64,000 bases of DNA from Thermoanaerobaculia bacterium (GCA_945787575.1 CALZKB010000003.1:19207-83206); one strand, 5' to 3'; counted from the first letter of the stretch, positions 37,922-48,867 are shown. Notes: a model not told the origin generated them from the sequence alone. Program-made: numbers and translations.

Positions 37922-39250
37922 GTGAGACATCCATCCGCAATCCTCTGGCTCTTCGGTGTCTTCGTCGCGGCGGCCTCCGTGGCTCAGCCGCCCTGCGCAC
38001 CGCTGGCTCCGCCCGAAGAGCCGATCGTCGAGGTCTTCCCCTCCGAGGTGGCCCAGTTGCGAGACATCGTGGCGGCGGCATCGACCGGCACGACGATCCT
38101 GCTTCACGACGGTCTCTACGACCTGAGCCACGGCGACGGCGCAGATCGGCTGAGCTTCAACACGCCAGGCGTGACTCTGAGATCGGTGAGCGGCGATCGG
38201 GACGCGGTGGTTCTCGACGGCGCCTACGGCACGAACGAGCTGATCTCCATCCTGGCCTCCGATGTCACCATCGCCGACCTCACGGTGAAGCGAGCCTTCG
38301 ACCATCCGATCCACATTTCGGGCAACGCCGGCAGTCCGATCACCGGAATCGTCCTTCACAACCTGCGCGTCGTCGACCCCGGCCAGCAAGCCGTCAAGAT
38401 CAACCCGATCGACGACGGCTACGTGGACTTCGGGGTGATGCAGTGCAGCCTCATCGAGCTGACCCCGGTCGGCCGGGAGGAGATCCGAGACAACTGTTAC
38501 ACCGGCGGGCTGGATGCCCACCAGGCTTGGGGTTGGCTGGTTCGTCGGAATCGGATCGAGGGCTTCTGGTGCGATCAGGGGCTGTCGGAGCACGGTATCC
38601 ATTTCTGGCGGGGATCGCGGGACACCCTGGTGGAGGAGAACGTCATCGTCGACTGTGCGCGCGGGATCGGCTTCGGCCTCGGCGCGGACGGATCGGCGCG
38701 GGAGTACCCCGACGACCCCTACCCGGATATCGGCTACATGGGCCACATCGACGGCGTCATTCGGAACAACTTCGTCGCCGCCGATGATCCGGCCCTCTTC
38801 GCCTCCGCGAGCGGGTTCGACACCGGGGTCGGACTCGAACAGGCTCACGGCACCGAGGTGCACCACAACAGTGTGGCGTCGACTCAGACCCCCCGCTCAT
38901 CCTCGATCGAATGGCGCTTCCCCAACACGTTGGCGGAGATCGCCAACAACCTGGCGAGCTCCGTGCTCAAGCCCCGCGACGGCGGGGTCGCGAACCTGAC
39001 GACGAACATCGAAGACGCCTCGCTATCCTGGTTCGCCGAGATCGGGGCGGGCGATTTGCACTTGACCGAATCGGCCTCCGCCGCGGTCGACGGCGGTACG
39101 GCTCTCCCGCCCGGCGCCGCCGACTTCGATATCGATCTGGAGATCCGTGACGGCAACCCCGACGTCGGAGCCGATGAGGTGCGAGAGGTGCTGTTCATGG
39201 ACGGTTTCGAGTCGGGCGACACCTCGGCGTGGTCGGTGGTCGTGCCGTAG
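37922..39250 (+). CDS. Secreted right-handed beta-helix protein with GFESGDTSAW tail
   Basis: Signal peptide; GTTILLHDGLY, IRNNF, DLHLTESASAAVDGG...PDVGADE. Confidence 0.85.
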   Translation: MRHPSAILWLFGVFVAAASVAQPPCAPLAPPEEPIVEVFPSEVAQLRDIVAAASTGTTILLHDGLYDLSHGDGADRLSFNTPGVTLRSVSGDRDAVVLDGAYGTNELISILASDVTIADLTVKRAFDHPIHISGNAGSPITGIVLHNLRVVDPGQQAVKINPIDDGYVDFGVMQCSLIELTPVGREEIRDNCYTGGLDAHQAWGWLVRRNRIEGFWCDQGLSEHGIHFWRGSRDTLVEENVIVDCARGIGFGLGADGSAREYPDDPYPDIGYMGHIDGVIRNNFVAADDPALFASASGFDTGVGLEQAHGTEVHHNSVASTQTPRSSSIEWRFPNTLAEIANNLASSVLKPRDGGVANLTTNIEDASLSWFAEIGAGDLHLTESASAAVDGGTALPPGAADFDIDLEIRDGNPDVGADEVREVLFMDGFESGDTSAWSVVVP

Positions 39251-39276
39251 CACCGGCGGAGTCTTGCCGCGGGCCG

Positions 39277-40527
39277 CTAGGGATGAACCCCCGTCGCGTG
39301 CAATCGAAAGACGATTTCCGGGGTCGCGAGATCGATCTCGGTGCGCACGAAAAGCACTCCGGTCGTCGACGCCGGGTCGTAGGCGCAGAGCCCCGGCCCG
39401 AGCCCGGTGCTGTCGGACGAGCGAAGATCGGCGCGCACGATCGGCTTGCCCGCCGCATCGCGACGTAGCCGGGGTGGATCGAGCGACTCGAGCTCGAGCA
39501 CCCGGCAGCCTCGGTGGCGGGGACGTGGCGACAACCGTTTCGGAGTGACGAGAAGCAAGAGGCTCCCATCGCGGGCTCGAGCCACGTCCGGCTGGGTCAG
39601 GACGTGACCCCCGAGGGCTGCGGCATCGCGGCGATCGCTCAGACGTCCCCGCCAAGTCCAGTCGAGACGGGCCCTCGGTCCCTCGCCGTCGGTGGCGAAG
39701 ACGCCGAGGAACTCCGCGTTCCGGTTGCGCCTTCCGGTCAACGGATCGATGACCAGACACTGGGCCACCATGTAGAGCGTCTCGTCGAGACCGTAGAGCG
39801 CCGGCTCGGTCCACAGCGCACAGCGGGCGAGTTCGGGATCGAGCGTCGAGAGATCGAGGTCCGGGCGCCAGGCCGGATCGGTGAGAGCACCGCCGAGCCG
39901 AGCCTCACGACCCCGGCCGAGCCCGCGCGGACTCGGGGATCGGGAAAGGCGAAAGTGGACGCTCTGCGGGCGGCGGTCTTCGTCGCCGAACGGCTCAAAG
40001 TAGCGCAAGTGCATGCCGAACCACCGGGTGCCGGATCGTCTCTCGAGCGGCGCCAAGGTCGATACCTCGTGTACCGACACTCCCTTGCCGCCGGTCGGGC
40101 TTGGATCGGTCTCGTGCGCCGAAGTGGCGAGGCTACGCACGAACTGCCAGCTCTCGCCCCCGTCATCGCTCGAGGCGAGATGGATGCTCACTCCGAACTC
40201 GGGACTCGACCGCGGTCTGTGGAGATGGAGATAGGAATAGGAGAGCCACAGGCGGTCACTCGACGGATCCTTGCGGACCGCGGGGTCGCCGTACCCGCGG
40301 AAGGGGCTGGGCGAGGGGCCGGGCAGGGTGAAGAAGGGATCGCCCTCGATCCGCATCTCGGGACACTGCGGGTTGTCGGCGCGGCAGTCGAAGCGCACCG
40401 GCACCGCCCCGGCCGCGGCTGCGGACACCAGCAGGACGGCACTCAGTGCCAGCACCGCCGCCCGCGCGAACTCGATCCGCGCCCCCTCGTTCCCGGCCGA
40501 GCTCCTCGCGACCCTCGTTGATCTCAT
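39277..40527 (-). CDS. Secreted sialidase-like/Asp-box propeller protein
   Basis: Signal peptide; GYGDPAVRKD, SSDDGGESW Asp-box, WTEPALY. Confidence 0.68.
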   Translation of the reverse strand: MRSTRVARSSAGNEGARIEFARAAVLALSAVLLVSAAAAGAVPVRFDCRADNPQCPEMRIEGDPFFTLPGPSPSPFRGYGDPAVRKDPSSDRLWLSYSYLHLHRPRSSPEFGVSIHLASSDDGGESWQFVRSLATSAHETDPSPTGGKGVSVHEVSTLAPLERRSGTRWFGMHLRYFEPFGDEDRRPQSVHFRLSRSPSPRGLGRGREARLGGALTDPAWRPDLDLSTLDPELARCALWTEPALYGLDETLYMVAQCLVIDPLTGRRNRNAEFLGVFATDGEGPRARLDWTWRGRLSDRRDAAALGGHVLTQPDVARARDGSLLLLVTPKRLSPRPRHRGCRVLELESLDPPRLRRDAAGKPIVRADLRSSDSTGLGPGLCAYDPASTTGVLFVRTEIDLATPEIVFRLHATGVHP

Positions 40528-40684
40528 CCAGGCCTCCCTTCTGCCGGCAGGGCACCGGCGTCTTCACCCATTTGGGGTCGCGAGGCCCTCGCTCGTATGA
40601 CTCGAAACCCGGGGACGACCGGCGAGACCGCAGTGACGATTCGGTCCGAACGAGCGCTCCACGTGCTAGGTTTTCCGGTACGCC

Positions 40685-41656
40685 ATGTCCGCTTCGCCCA
40701 CCGCATCGACCACTACTCCTCTCCTCGACGCCGCCAAGTTCCGCGACCCGCGGCGGACCGCCACCGGCGAGGAGCGCGCCCAAGTCGAGCTCGAAACCCT
40801 CGAGACTCTGTGGTTCAATACCGGAACGCTGTGCAACATCGAGTGTCGGCGCTGCTACATCGAGTCGGGCCCCACCAACGACCGCCTCGTCTACATCGGT
40901 GCCGACGAGGTGGAGCGCTACCTCGACGAGATCGCCGAGCTCGGCCTGACGACCCGCACGATCGGCTTCACCGGCGGCGAACCATTCATGAATCCGGAGT
41001 TTCTCGTGATGGTGGAAGAGTGCCTGAACCGCGGTTTCCGGGTGCTGGTGCTGACCAACGCCATGCGGCCTCTGATGCTGCCGGCGACCCGCGCCCGACT
41101 ACTGCGGCTGCACGAGAGATTCGGTCAGAGGCTCCACCTGCGGGTCAGCCTCGACCACTACACGAGAGCGCTGCACGAGGTCGAGCGCGGTCCACGCTCC
41201 TGGGATTCGACGCTGCGCGGCCTCGGCTGGCTGGTGACCCACGGGTTTCACCTGTCGGTCGCGGGACGAACCTGCTGGAACGAGGAGGAGGCCGCGGCTC
41301 GGCTCGGTTACGCGCGCCTTTTTGCCGAGCTCGGGCTGGCGTGCGATGCCGGGGACCCGGCGCAGCTCGTGCTCTTCCCCGAGATGGACCCGACTCGCGA
41401 CGTACCGGAGATCACGAGCGACTGTTGGGGCGCCCTCGGCGTCGAGCCGTCCAGCCTCATGTGCGCCACCAGTCGCATGGTGGTCAAACGCCGGGCGGCG
41501 TCGTCGACTACGGTCGTCAGCTGTACGCTGCTGCCCTACGACGCTCGGTTCGAGCTCGGGTCCACCCTCCGCGAGGCCTGCGGTCCGATGCCGCTCAACC
41601 ATCCTCACTGCGCGCGCTTCTGTGTTCTCGGCGGGGGGTCCTGCAGCGCCGGTTGA
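40685..41656 (+). CDS. Radical SAM protein (ArsS-like architecture, function unknown)
   Basis: TLWFNTGTLCNIECRRC, FTGGEPF, LTNA, Cys-rich C-terminus HCARFCVLGGGSC. Confidence 0.9.
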   Translation: MSASPTASTTTPLLDAAKFRDPRRTATGEERAQVELETLETLWFNTGTLCNIECRRCYIESGPTNDRLVYIGADEVERYLDEIAELGLTTRTIGFTGGEPFMNPEFLVMVEECLNRGFRVLVLTNAMRPLMLPATRARLLRLHERFGQRLHLRVSLDHYTRALHEVERGPRSWDSTLRGLGWLVTHGFHLSVAGRTCWNEEEAAARLGYARLFAELGLACDAGDPAQLVLFPEMDPTRDVPEITSDCWGALGVEPSSLMCATSRMVVKRRAASSTTVVSCTLLPYDARFELGSTLREACGPMPLNHPHCARFCVLGGGSCSAG

Positions 41657-41660
41657 CGGT

Positions 41661-41720
41661 TCGGGGCACGACCGTCGACCAAGCCGAGGTCTTGCCCGAC
41701 TCGCAGCCCGCCACCACCGT
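41661..41720 (-). pseudogene. Decayed GFESGDTSAW C-terminal tail
   Basis: TVVAGCESGKTSAWSTVVP followed by CGA where the other copies have the stop. Confidence 0.7.
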
Positions 41721-41989
41721 GCCGCCGAAGGCGTCGATCGACGTCTCGTTCCGAGTGTGCCCGTCGTCGGGCCCGAGCCGGTGTTCGACAAAAGGGAGCC
41801 GGCCCCCTCCACGCGCTCGAGCAACGACTCTTCGGGGCCGGGTGCGGCGGAGCGCAGTCCGCTTGCCCGAGGGCGCTGGACGTCGAGCGGCAGCACCCAG
41901 CCGAGATCGTCCGTGTCGCCCGGCATCACCAGAGTGCCGAGAGGGGTTCTCAGCGCCGCGACGAGCTCCGCCGGCGGCCGAAGTTCGGC

Positions 41990-42466
41990 TCAGGCCGCTT
42001 CGCAGAGCGATTTGAGGTTGGCCAGAGAGCGCTCGAGGCACTGGGCCTGCAACCGCTCGACCGTCGCCGCATCGGCCGGGGAGCGCGCCGGCTCGGCGCG
42101 CTGCCCGGGCTCGAGATCGAGGTCGACCTCGACTTCGGTCTCGTTCCCCTTGGCGGCGTAGGTCCAGTCCTGGTTGCACGCGATCAACAGCTGTTCGAAC
42201 GACGAGCCCAGACTGATGCACTCGGTGGGTCCTTGCGCCTTGGCGCGCCAGTGCACGACGCCTTCGACCTGGTCCTCGACAGCGGGCTGGGTCAGCGGGA
42301 AGCGCACCCCGACCGCCAGGTAGGTGCGACGGTGGCCGTTGGAGACGAGCGCCTCGGTGTCGCTCCAGCCCACGAACCAGCGATCCCATCGATGCGGGTC
42401 GCGAGCGAGCGCGCAGACCTCTTCGAGGGCGGCGTCGATTCGAATAGTTCTCTTCACGTGTGCCAT
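41990..42466 (-). CDS. SRPBCC/polyketide-cyclase-like protein
   Basis: GAGGAGG RBS; VKRTIRIDA...DPHRWDRW, SLANLKSLCE. Confidence 0.8.
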   Translation of the reverse strand: MAHVKRTIRIDAALEEVCALARDPHRWDRWFVGWSDTEALVSNGHRRTYLAVGVRFPLTQPAVEDQVEGVVHWRAKAQGPTECISLGSSFEQLLIACNQDWTYAAKGNETEVEVDLDLEPGQRAEPARSPADAATVERLQAQCLERSLANLKSLCEAA

Positions 42467-42699
42467 CTCATTCCTCCTCTGTTGGTGGGCGGAAGGACGA
42501 GACGGGCTTCGTGGCGGAAATCTCCAGCAGCAGCTCGCGGACTCGACCCGGCTCCCGCCCTCTCTGTCATCAATGAGATAGGCGTCGGTCGGCGCCGACT
42601 GTTACGGACCGGGATCTCCGCTCTCACTCGAGCTCGCCTTTTCTCTCCACTGCTCCCGCGAGTAGAGTTGAGGCCACCGACTCGCGGAAGGAGGAGAGG

Positions 42700-43353
42700 A
42701 TGCGAATCGCAGTTTTGGGCACCGGAGTCGTCGGGCAGGCGCTGGCGACGAAGCTGGTCGAGCTCGGGCACGAGGTCCGAATGGGCTCGCGCACGGCGGA
42801 CAACGAGCAGGCCTCGGCATGGACCGCCGCGGCCGGCAGCCGCGCGTCGCACGGGACTTTTGCGAAGGCTGCCGCCTTCGGTGCTCTGGTGTTCAACTGC
42901 ACCGCCGGCGCCAGCTCCCTCGCGGCTTTGCGCAGCGCCGGGGAAAAGAACTTGAACGGCAAGATCCTCGTCGACGTGGCCAATCCGCTCGATTTCTCCG
43001 AGGGCATGCCGCCCACCTTGACGGTGTGCAACACCGACTCGCTGGGAGAACAGATCCAGCGGGAGTTCCCGGCCGCTCAGGTGGTCAAGGCCTTCAACAC
43101 GGTCAACTACCGAGTAATGGTCGACCCCGGTCTGGTCGGCGGAGCACACGACGTCTTCGTCTGTGGCGATGACGAAGACGCCAAGGTCCGGGTCAAAGAG
43201 CTGATCGCGCGATTCGGCTGGGAGTCGATCCTCGACCTCGGCGACATCACGGCGGCCCGCGGCACCGAGATGATGCTGCCGCTCTGGATTCGCCTCTGGG
43301 GCTTCATGGAGACGACCGATTTCAACCTCAAGGTGGTGGGCCCGGCCGACTGA
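42700..43353 (+). CDS. NADPH-dependent F420 reductase-like oxidoreductase
   Basis: GTGVVG, GSRT, GKILVDVANP, VVKAFNTV, DLGDITAARGTE. Confidence 0.9.
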   Translation: MRIAVLGTGVVGQALATKLVELGHEVRMGSRTADNEQASAWTAAAGSRASHGTFAKAAAFGALVFNCTAGASSLAALRSAGEKNLNGKILVDVANPLDFSEGMPPTLTVCNTDSLGEQIQREFPAAQVVKAFNTVNYRVMVDPGLVGGAHDVFVCGDDEDAKVRVKELIARFGWESILDLGDITAARGTEMMLPLWIRLWGFMETTDFNLKVVGPAD

Positions 43354-43580
43354 CGGCGCCCGCAGTCGAAAGCCGCGCGATTCGCGAGGGGAGACCCCGG
43401 TCCTCGAGTCGGGGTCCGTCGGCTAGAACTTGACCGCGAGGGCTGTCGCGACCGTGGTGTCCTCGAACAGCCGCTCGTCCTCGCTGAAGGTCAGGGCACG
43501 AGCTTGGCGCCGCTGGCCGCTGGACATGTCGTCCTCCCGACGATGACTATGGCAGGCTCACCTGCTGCCTGCTCGAGCCG

Positions 43581-44102
43581 TCAACCCTTGCGGGCATAGT
43601 CGATCGCCATCCCCTTCGCTTCGCCCTCCGGGGTCTCGAAGAACATCTCCATCGAGTGGTGATCGTCGTCGACGAGGGTGATCACCGACCGCTTGGCGAC
43701 CGGCTGCCCGTCGCGCGGGTTGGTCATCGAGCCACGCATCGTCCACATCTTGCCGGCGGCGTCGACCTCACCCTGTTCGAACTGCATGATCGTAGAGGCG
43801 GTGTCGATCCAGAACCCCTCCCAGCGGCGATCCACCGTGTTGTAGCCGAAGAACCCCCGTCCTTCGAAGTCGGGAAACGGACCCTCACTGGGGTCGCCCT
43901 GATAGCTCTGGCGCAAGAAGCGCCCCCCCAGCTCCCAGGAGTTGGTCATCGTGCCGGTCGATACCATCGGCTCGCCCGGACCCATCCACATCCGGACCTC
44001 GGCCGAGAACTCCCCGACGAACGGTTCGAGCATCGCGTGCTCGGCCGCGGGCGCCGCCATTGCGGCGAAGTCACTACTGCTGGCATCGGGTGCGTCACTC
44101 AT
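43581..44102 (-). CDS. DUF1579-family protein
   Basis: EHAMLEPFVGEF, LGGRFLRQ, FEGRGFFGYN...WIDT. Confidence 0.85.
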   Translation of the reverse strand: MSDAPDASSSDFAAMAAPAAEHAMLEPFVGEFSAEVRMWMGPGEPMVSTGTMTNSWELGGRFLRQSYQGDPSEGPFPDFEGRGFFGYNTVDRRWEGFWIDTASTIMQFEQGEVDAAGKMWTMRGSMTNPRDGQPVAKRSVITLVDDDHHSMEMFFETPEGEAKGMAIDYARKG

Positions 44103-44210
44103 GGCTGTCTCCCCAGATAGTGGTCGGTGAGAGCGAGATCATAACCGGCCGCGGGGATGCAGACTCACTCGGCCGAGGGTCTTCCAGGAAGGCGAAGCGA
44201 TGCTGCGAAG

Positions 44211-45147
44211 TCACCGACGCGAGGGGTCCTCGTCGGAGGATGGATAGAGCGCGTCGACGATCTGGTGGAGCGCTTCTTCACGAGCCAGCTCGCCGTTCAG
44301 GAAGCGTGGCCAGATTCCGTTCTCGACGGTCGCGATGGCACCGCTGCGCTCGTAGAGGTCGGTCGCGTCTCCGTAGGCGACGTGTTCCGGGTCGTAGACC
44401 CGGCGCATGGTCGCCGCCGCTTGGACGAACATCAAGGTGTGCGGCACGTCGTGGAACCCGGCGTCGCTCCGAACAAGGCCGCGCTCCAAGAGCCGCGCCC
44501 GCAACTGGTCGAATGCGTTGTCGTCGCCCTTCGACGCGATGTCGAGAGCGTGGGTGGATTCGTGAAGCAGGGTCTCCAGCAGCAGGCCGTCCGCCTCGCC
44601 GCTCCCGACCTCCACCACCGCGACCGGTTGGTCGCCGCGCAGGTAGTAGGTCATCGCCCCCGGCGGGTTGGTCCGCGTGACCAGGAACATCGGCACCTGT
44701 ACGTGCGGGTCGGCGATGCCCAGCGACTCCATCATGAAGGCGAGCGCCTCGCGGTGACGGGGGACAAACGCCGCCTCTAGATAATTCAGACGCGCCTCCA
44801 GCTCGACCTTGCGCGACGGCCACAGCTCGGTCTCGAAGCTCGAGATGCGCTCCTCGATCGCCGCCGCCAAGCGCACGGCGTCATCGCGGATCGAGATCGA
44901 ACGGCCACGTGGCTGGTAGGGCTCGGGCAAGGTAACCCGCGAGCGGCGCGCCGCTCAAGTCGGCCGCCTGCGCACGGACGAAGAAGTAGAGATCCACCAA
45001 CGGATCGATGCGCAGCTCGAGGCTGGAAGCCGCTGCGACCGGGACCGAGGGCTCGGGCTGCGAAGCAGCGATTGCGACGGTGTCGCCGACACCGGCGCCG
45101 AGAGCCAGCGCGAGCAGCAACGTCACTAGAACTCGACCGTCGGTCAT
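44211..45147 (-). pseudogene. Frameshifted secreted HExxH-containing protein
   Basis: Signal-peptide ORF 44881-45147 and C-terminal ORF 44211-44930 overlap in different frames; ETLLHESTH. Confidence 0.65.
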
Positions 45148-45181
45148 GATCCGGCTAGCTTAACCGCCGCGCGCTCGACGG

Positions 45182-45934
45182 TCACCGCTCGGGCGTCGCC
45201 GTCCTCGAGGCGGGGGCTTCGGCTTCCGGGGACTGGGCCGGCAATACCAGCGGCGGTTTGTCGCCGCCGACCACGGCACCGGGCGGGATCCTCGCGTAGT
45301 AGGGCGACACGACGGTCTTCGGCAGGGTGCGGACTCCGTCGCCCATCTTGATCGGGCCGATTCCGGTGCCGGCGCCGAGCTTGCAGTCGGCGCCGATCTC
45401 GATGAGGCCGTAGCGGAACTTGCCGGCACCCTCGTAGGCGTGCACCGAGAGCTGGCTGAAAGCGCCGATGAGCGTGTTGTCGCCGATGAAGATGAGCTCG
45501 GGGCGGAAGTGATCGAGCCACGCCATCTGCATGATCTCGACCCCGCGGCCGACGTTGACGCCCATCCATCGGTACCAGCGGTTCTTGGCCGGGGTGCCGC
45601 GCATGAAGATCGACACCGCGACCTGCAACGACAACAGGATCCGCCGTCCCAACGGCAGGTTCAGTCGGCGCCAGTTCACGGCTCCCTTCTCATCCGCCTG
45701 ACCCAGGCCGGAGATCGTGTACTGGCGCTTTCCACGCGACAGGAACTCCTCGAGGTTCGCCTTGCCGGCATCCGTTCGGGGATCGAGGGTCGTCACGTCG
45801 ACGCCCTTGCCGCCGGAGGTCTTGCTGATCCGAATCGTGCGTCGGCTCTTGTGGCTGAAGCGAATCGCCCGGCCGATGATCTCGATCGTCACCCGCCGCA
45901 TCACCTCTTCCGGGGTCGCGCCGTCGTTTGCCAT
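45182..45934 (-). CDS. Hexapeptide-repeat (LbH) acyltransferase-like protein
   Basis: YRWMGVNVGRGV, PELIFIGDNTLIG, IEIGADCKLG. Start uncertain. Confidence 0.78.
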   Translation of the reverse strand: MANDGATPEEVMRRVTIEIIGRAIRFSHKSRRTIRISKTSGGKGVDVTTLDPRTDAGKANLEEFLSRGKRQYTISGLGQADEKGAVNWRRLNLPLGRRILLSLQVAVSIFMRGTPAKNRWYRWMGVNVGRGVEIMQMAWLDHFRPELIFIGDNTLIGAFSQLSVHAYEGAGKFRYGLIEIGADCKLGAGTGIGPIKMGDGVRTLPKTVVSPYYARIPPGAVVGGDKPPLVLPAQSPEAEAPASRTATPER

Positions 45935-46230
45935 GTCATCTGCGACTCTAGCCTGCATTTCGCAGTGCGCCGTGCAAAGGGGGCGAGTTTTCGGTGGGAC
46001 GCGCGCCGACACGATCAGCCAACAGTGGACCGACCGGGGGCACGGGCCCCCGTGAGTCCTCGTCTTCGGCTCGGTTGGCTTTCTCGGCTCGAATCGCCAA
46101 CATTTTGGGGTCACCTCGCGTATCAATAGAACGAGCGCCTCGGAGCTTTGCCGGTCGACGCGGAGATTCTCTGGCAAGAGAGAGCTCGACCACCGAGACG
46201 CGGAGCCGACCGTGTTGTCTTAGGAAGCAG

Positions 46231-48867
46231 ATGAACGCGCACCTCATCGGCGCGACCTTGCTGGTCGCAGTCGCCTTCGCCGTCCCGAGCCGATCCCAGG
46301 ACGAGGTCCCCAAGCGTGCCTACCAGACGGCGCGCGTTCGAGGCGCGCCACCGGTCGTCGACGGGCGGCTCGATGATCCGGTCTGGGAAACCGTCGAGTG
46401 GTCGGGCGGCTTCGTTCAGCGTGATCCCACCGACGGCATCGACCCGAGCCACCAATCGCGGTTCAAGGTCGTCTACGACGACCACGCCCTCTACTTCGCG
46501 TTCTACCTCGAAGACGATCCGACCAAGGTGACCAAGCAGCTCGCCCGACGCGACTGGTTTCCGGGAGATTGGGTCGAGGTCAACATCGACAGCTTCAGCG
46601 ACCGCCGGACCGCCTTCTCCTTCACCCTCAGTCTCTCCGGCACCCGCGGCGACGAGTTCATCTCGAACGACGGCAACAACTGGGACACCAGCTGGGATCC
46701 GGTGTGGACCGGTGCGGCCGAGATCAACGGTGAGGGATGGACGGCCGAGACCCGCATTCCGTTGAGCCAGCTTCGTTTCAGTGCCGCCGAGGAGCAGGTG
46801 TGGGGACTCCAGGTCACGCGCCGCCTCTACCGGCTCGAGGAGCGCTCGACGTGGCAGCGCATCCCGAAGGACCGCACCGGTTGGGTGAGCAACTTCGGGG
46901 AGCTGCGCGGACTGCGCGATCTACAGCCGAAACGGCGGATCGAGCTGCTGCCCTACGCCGTGACCTCGACCGAGCGCTTCGAGACCGAGGAGGGCAATCC
47001 CTTCCGCGACGGCGAGAACAACGAGCTCGACGGAGGCCTCGACGGCAAGATAGGGCTGACCAACAACTTGACCCTCGACTTCACGGTCAATCCCGACTTC
47101 GGTCAGGTCGAGGCCGATCCCTCACAGGTCAACCTCACCGCCTTCGAGACCTTCTTCTCGGAGCGGCGCCCGTTCTTCATCGAGGGCAAGAACATCTTCG
47201 ACCTGCGGCTGGCACCGGCGGTCACCGGCGGCGACTTCGCACGGGACATGCTTTTCTACTCACGACGCATCGGCCGGTCACCTTCACACGATCCGGACCT
47301 CGACGACGACGCGTTCGCCGATGTTCCCGAGAACACGACCATCCTCGGTGCGTTCAAGCTCTCGGGCAAGACCGCCTCCGGCTTGTCGATCGGCCTGCTC
47401 GAGAGCTTCACGCCGAAAGAAGAGGCCACCGTCGACCTCGACGGTGAGCGCAGCAGGCTCACCGTCGAGCCGCCGACCAACTACTTCGTCGGCAGGCTAC
47501 AGCAGGATTTCCGGGAGGGCGACGTTCTCGTCGGGGGCATGCTGACCACCGTCAATCGCGACCTCGAGCCACACCTCTCAGAGCTGCGGGACTCCGCCTA
47601 CTCCGCCGGCCTCGACTTCAGCGCTTACCTCCACGACCGCGACTACCGCTTCGAGGCATCCGTCTTCGCCAGCGAGATCCAAGGCAGCGAGGAGTCCATT
47701 CTGGAGGCTCAGGAGTCCTCGGCGCGCTACTACCAGCGCCCCGACAATGACGCCGCCTCGCTCGACCTCACCCGCACCTCGCTGTCCGGCCACGCCGGCT
47801 CCCTGCGGTTCGAGCGCACCGGCAACTCCGACCTGCGCTTCCAGACCGGCGTCGCCTGGCGCTCACCCGGTTTCGAGATCAACGACCTGGGCTTCATGCG
47901 CAGCGCCAACGAGATCAACCAGTTCACCTGGGTCGGCTGGCGCAAGCAGGACCCGTTCAGCATCTTCGACCATCTCTTCATCAACGGCAACCAATGGCTC
48001 GACTGGGACTACGCCGGAAACTTCCTCGGCGCCCAGTTCAACGTCAACGGCAACGCGCGGTTCCGCAACAAGTACGGCGCCGGCTTCGGCGTCACCCGGC
48101 GCGAGGGCCGGATCTCCAACACCGAGCTGCGTGGCGGACCGGCGTCCAAGTGGCCGGGGCAGTGGAGCTGGAACTTCTGGGTCGATACCGACCAGCGGCG
48201 CAAGGTGAGCGGCGGCGTCGGCGCCTGGGGAGCCGCGGGCGACGAAGAGAGCCGTAACGCGCAGGAGGCGTGGGCCCGAATCGTCTATCGACCGACGGAC
48301 GCCCTCCGCCTCTCCTTGCGTGCCTCCGAGGAGCGCGATCGACCCTTGATGCAGTACGTCGACACCCTCGACTTCGCTTCCATCGACCGCTTCATCTTCG
48401 GTCGCCTCGATCAAGACACCATGGCGCTGACCGCGCGCATCGACTACTCGATCACCCCCAACCTGACCGTTCAGTACTACGGTCAGCCCTTCATCTCGAC
48501 CGGCCGCTACGACCAGCTCAAGCGCATCACCCAGCCGCTAGCCGCTATGTTTCGCGACCGTTTCGAGAACTTCACCGCTGACCAGATCGTCCTCGACGAA
48601 GAGAGCTACAGTGTCGACGAGGACCTCGACGGAACCGTCGACTACACTCTCGACAATCCCGACTTCGACTTCCGCGACTTCAACTCGAACCTCGTCTTGC
48701 GTTGGGAGTACCGCCCCGGATCGGCCCTCTTCCTGGTCTGGAACCAGATGCGCTCCAGCGAGTCGTTGCTCGACGATCGCGCCTTCGGCAGCGGCTTGAG
48801 CGAGCTCTTCGACTCGCCCGTCGAAGACGTCGTGCTCATCAAGTTCAGCAAGTGGCTCTCGCCCTGA
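46231..48867 (+). CDS. CBM9-like plus DUF5916 outer-membrane protein
   Basis: Signal peptide; PVVDGRLDDPVW, RIPLSQLRF, TVNPDFGQVEAD, ERRPFFIEG, LFYSRRIGR, NLVLRWEYRPGS. Confidence 0.9.
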   Translation: MNAHLIGATLLVAVAFAVPSRSQDEVPKRAYQTARVRGAPPVVDGRLDDPVWETVEWSGGFVQRDPTDGIDPSHQSRFKVVYDDHALYFAFYLEDDPTKVTKQLARRDWFPGDWVEVNIDSFSDRRTAFSFTLSLSGTRGDEFISNDGNNWDTSWDPVWTGAAEINGEGWTAETRIPLSQLRFSAAEEQVWGLQVTRRLYRLEERSTWQRIPKDRTGWVSNFGELRGLRDLQPKRRIELLPYAVTSTERFETEEGNPFRDGENNELDGGLDGKIGLTNNLTLDFTVNPDFGQVEADPSQVNLTAFETFFSERRPFFIEGKNIFDLRLAPAVTGGDFARDMLFYSRRIGRSPSHDPDLDDDAFADVPENTTILGAFKLSGKTASGLSIGLLESFTPKEEATVDLDGERSRLTVEPPTNYFVGRLQQDFREGDVLVGGMLTTVNRDLEPHLSELRDSAYSAGLDFSAYLHDRDYRFEASVFASEIQGSEESILEAQESSARYYQRPDNDAASLDLTRTSLSGHAGSLRFERTGNSDLRFQTGVAWRSPGFEINDLGFMRSANEINQFTWVGWRKQDPFSIFDHLFINGNQWLDWDYAGNFLGAQFNVNGNARFRNKYGAGFGVTRREGRISNTELRGGPASKWPGQWSWNFWVDTDQRRKVSGGVGAWGAAGDEESRNAQEAWARIVYRPTDALRLSLRASEERDRPLMQYVDTLDFASIDRFIFGRLDQDTMALTARIDYSITPNLTVQYYGQPFISTGRYDQLKRITQPLAAMFRDRFENFTADQIVLDEESYSVDEDLDGTVDYTLDNPDFDFRDFNSNLVLRWEYRPGSALFLVWNQMRSSESLLDDRAFGSGLSELFDSPVEDVVLIKFSKWLSP

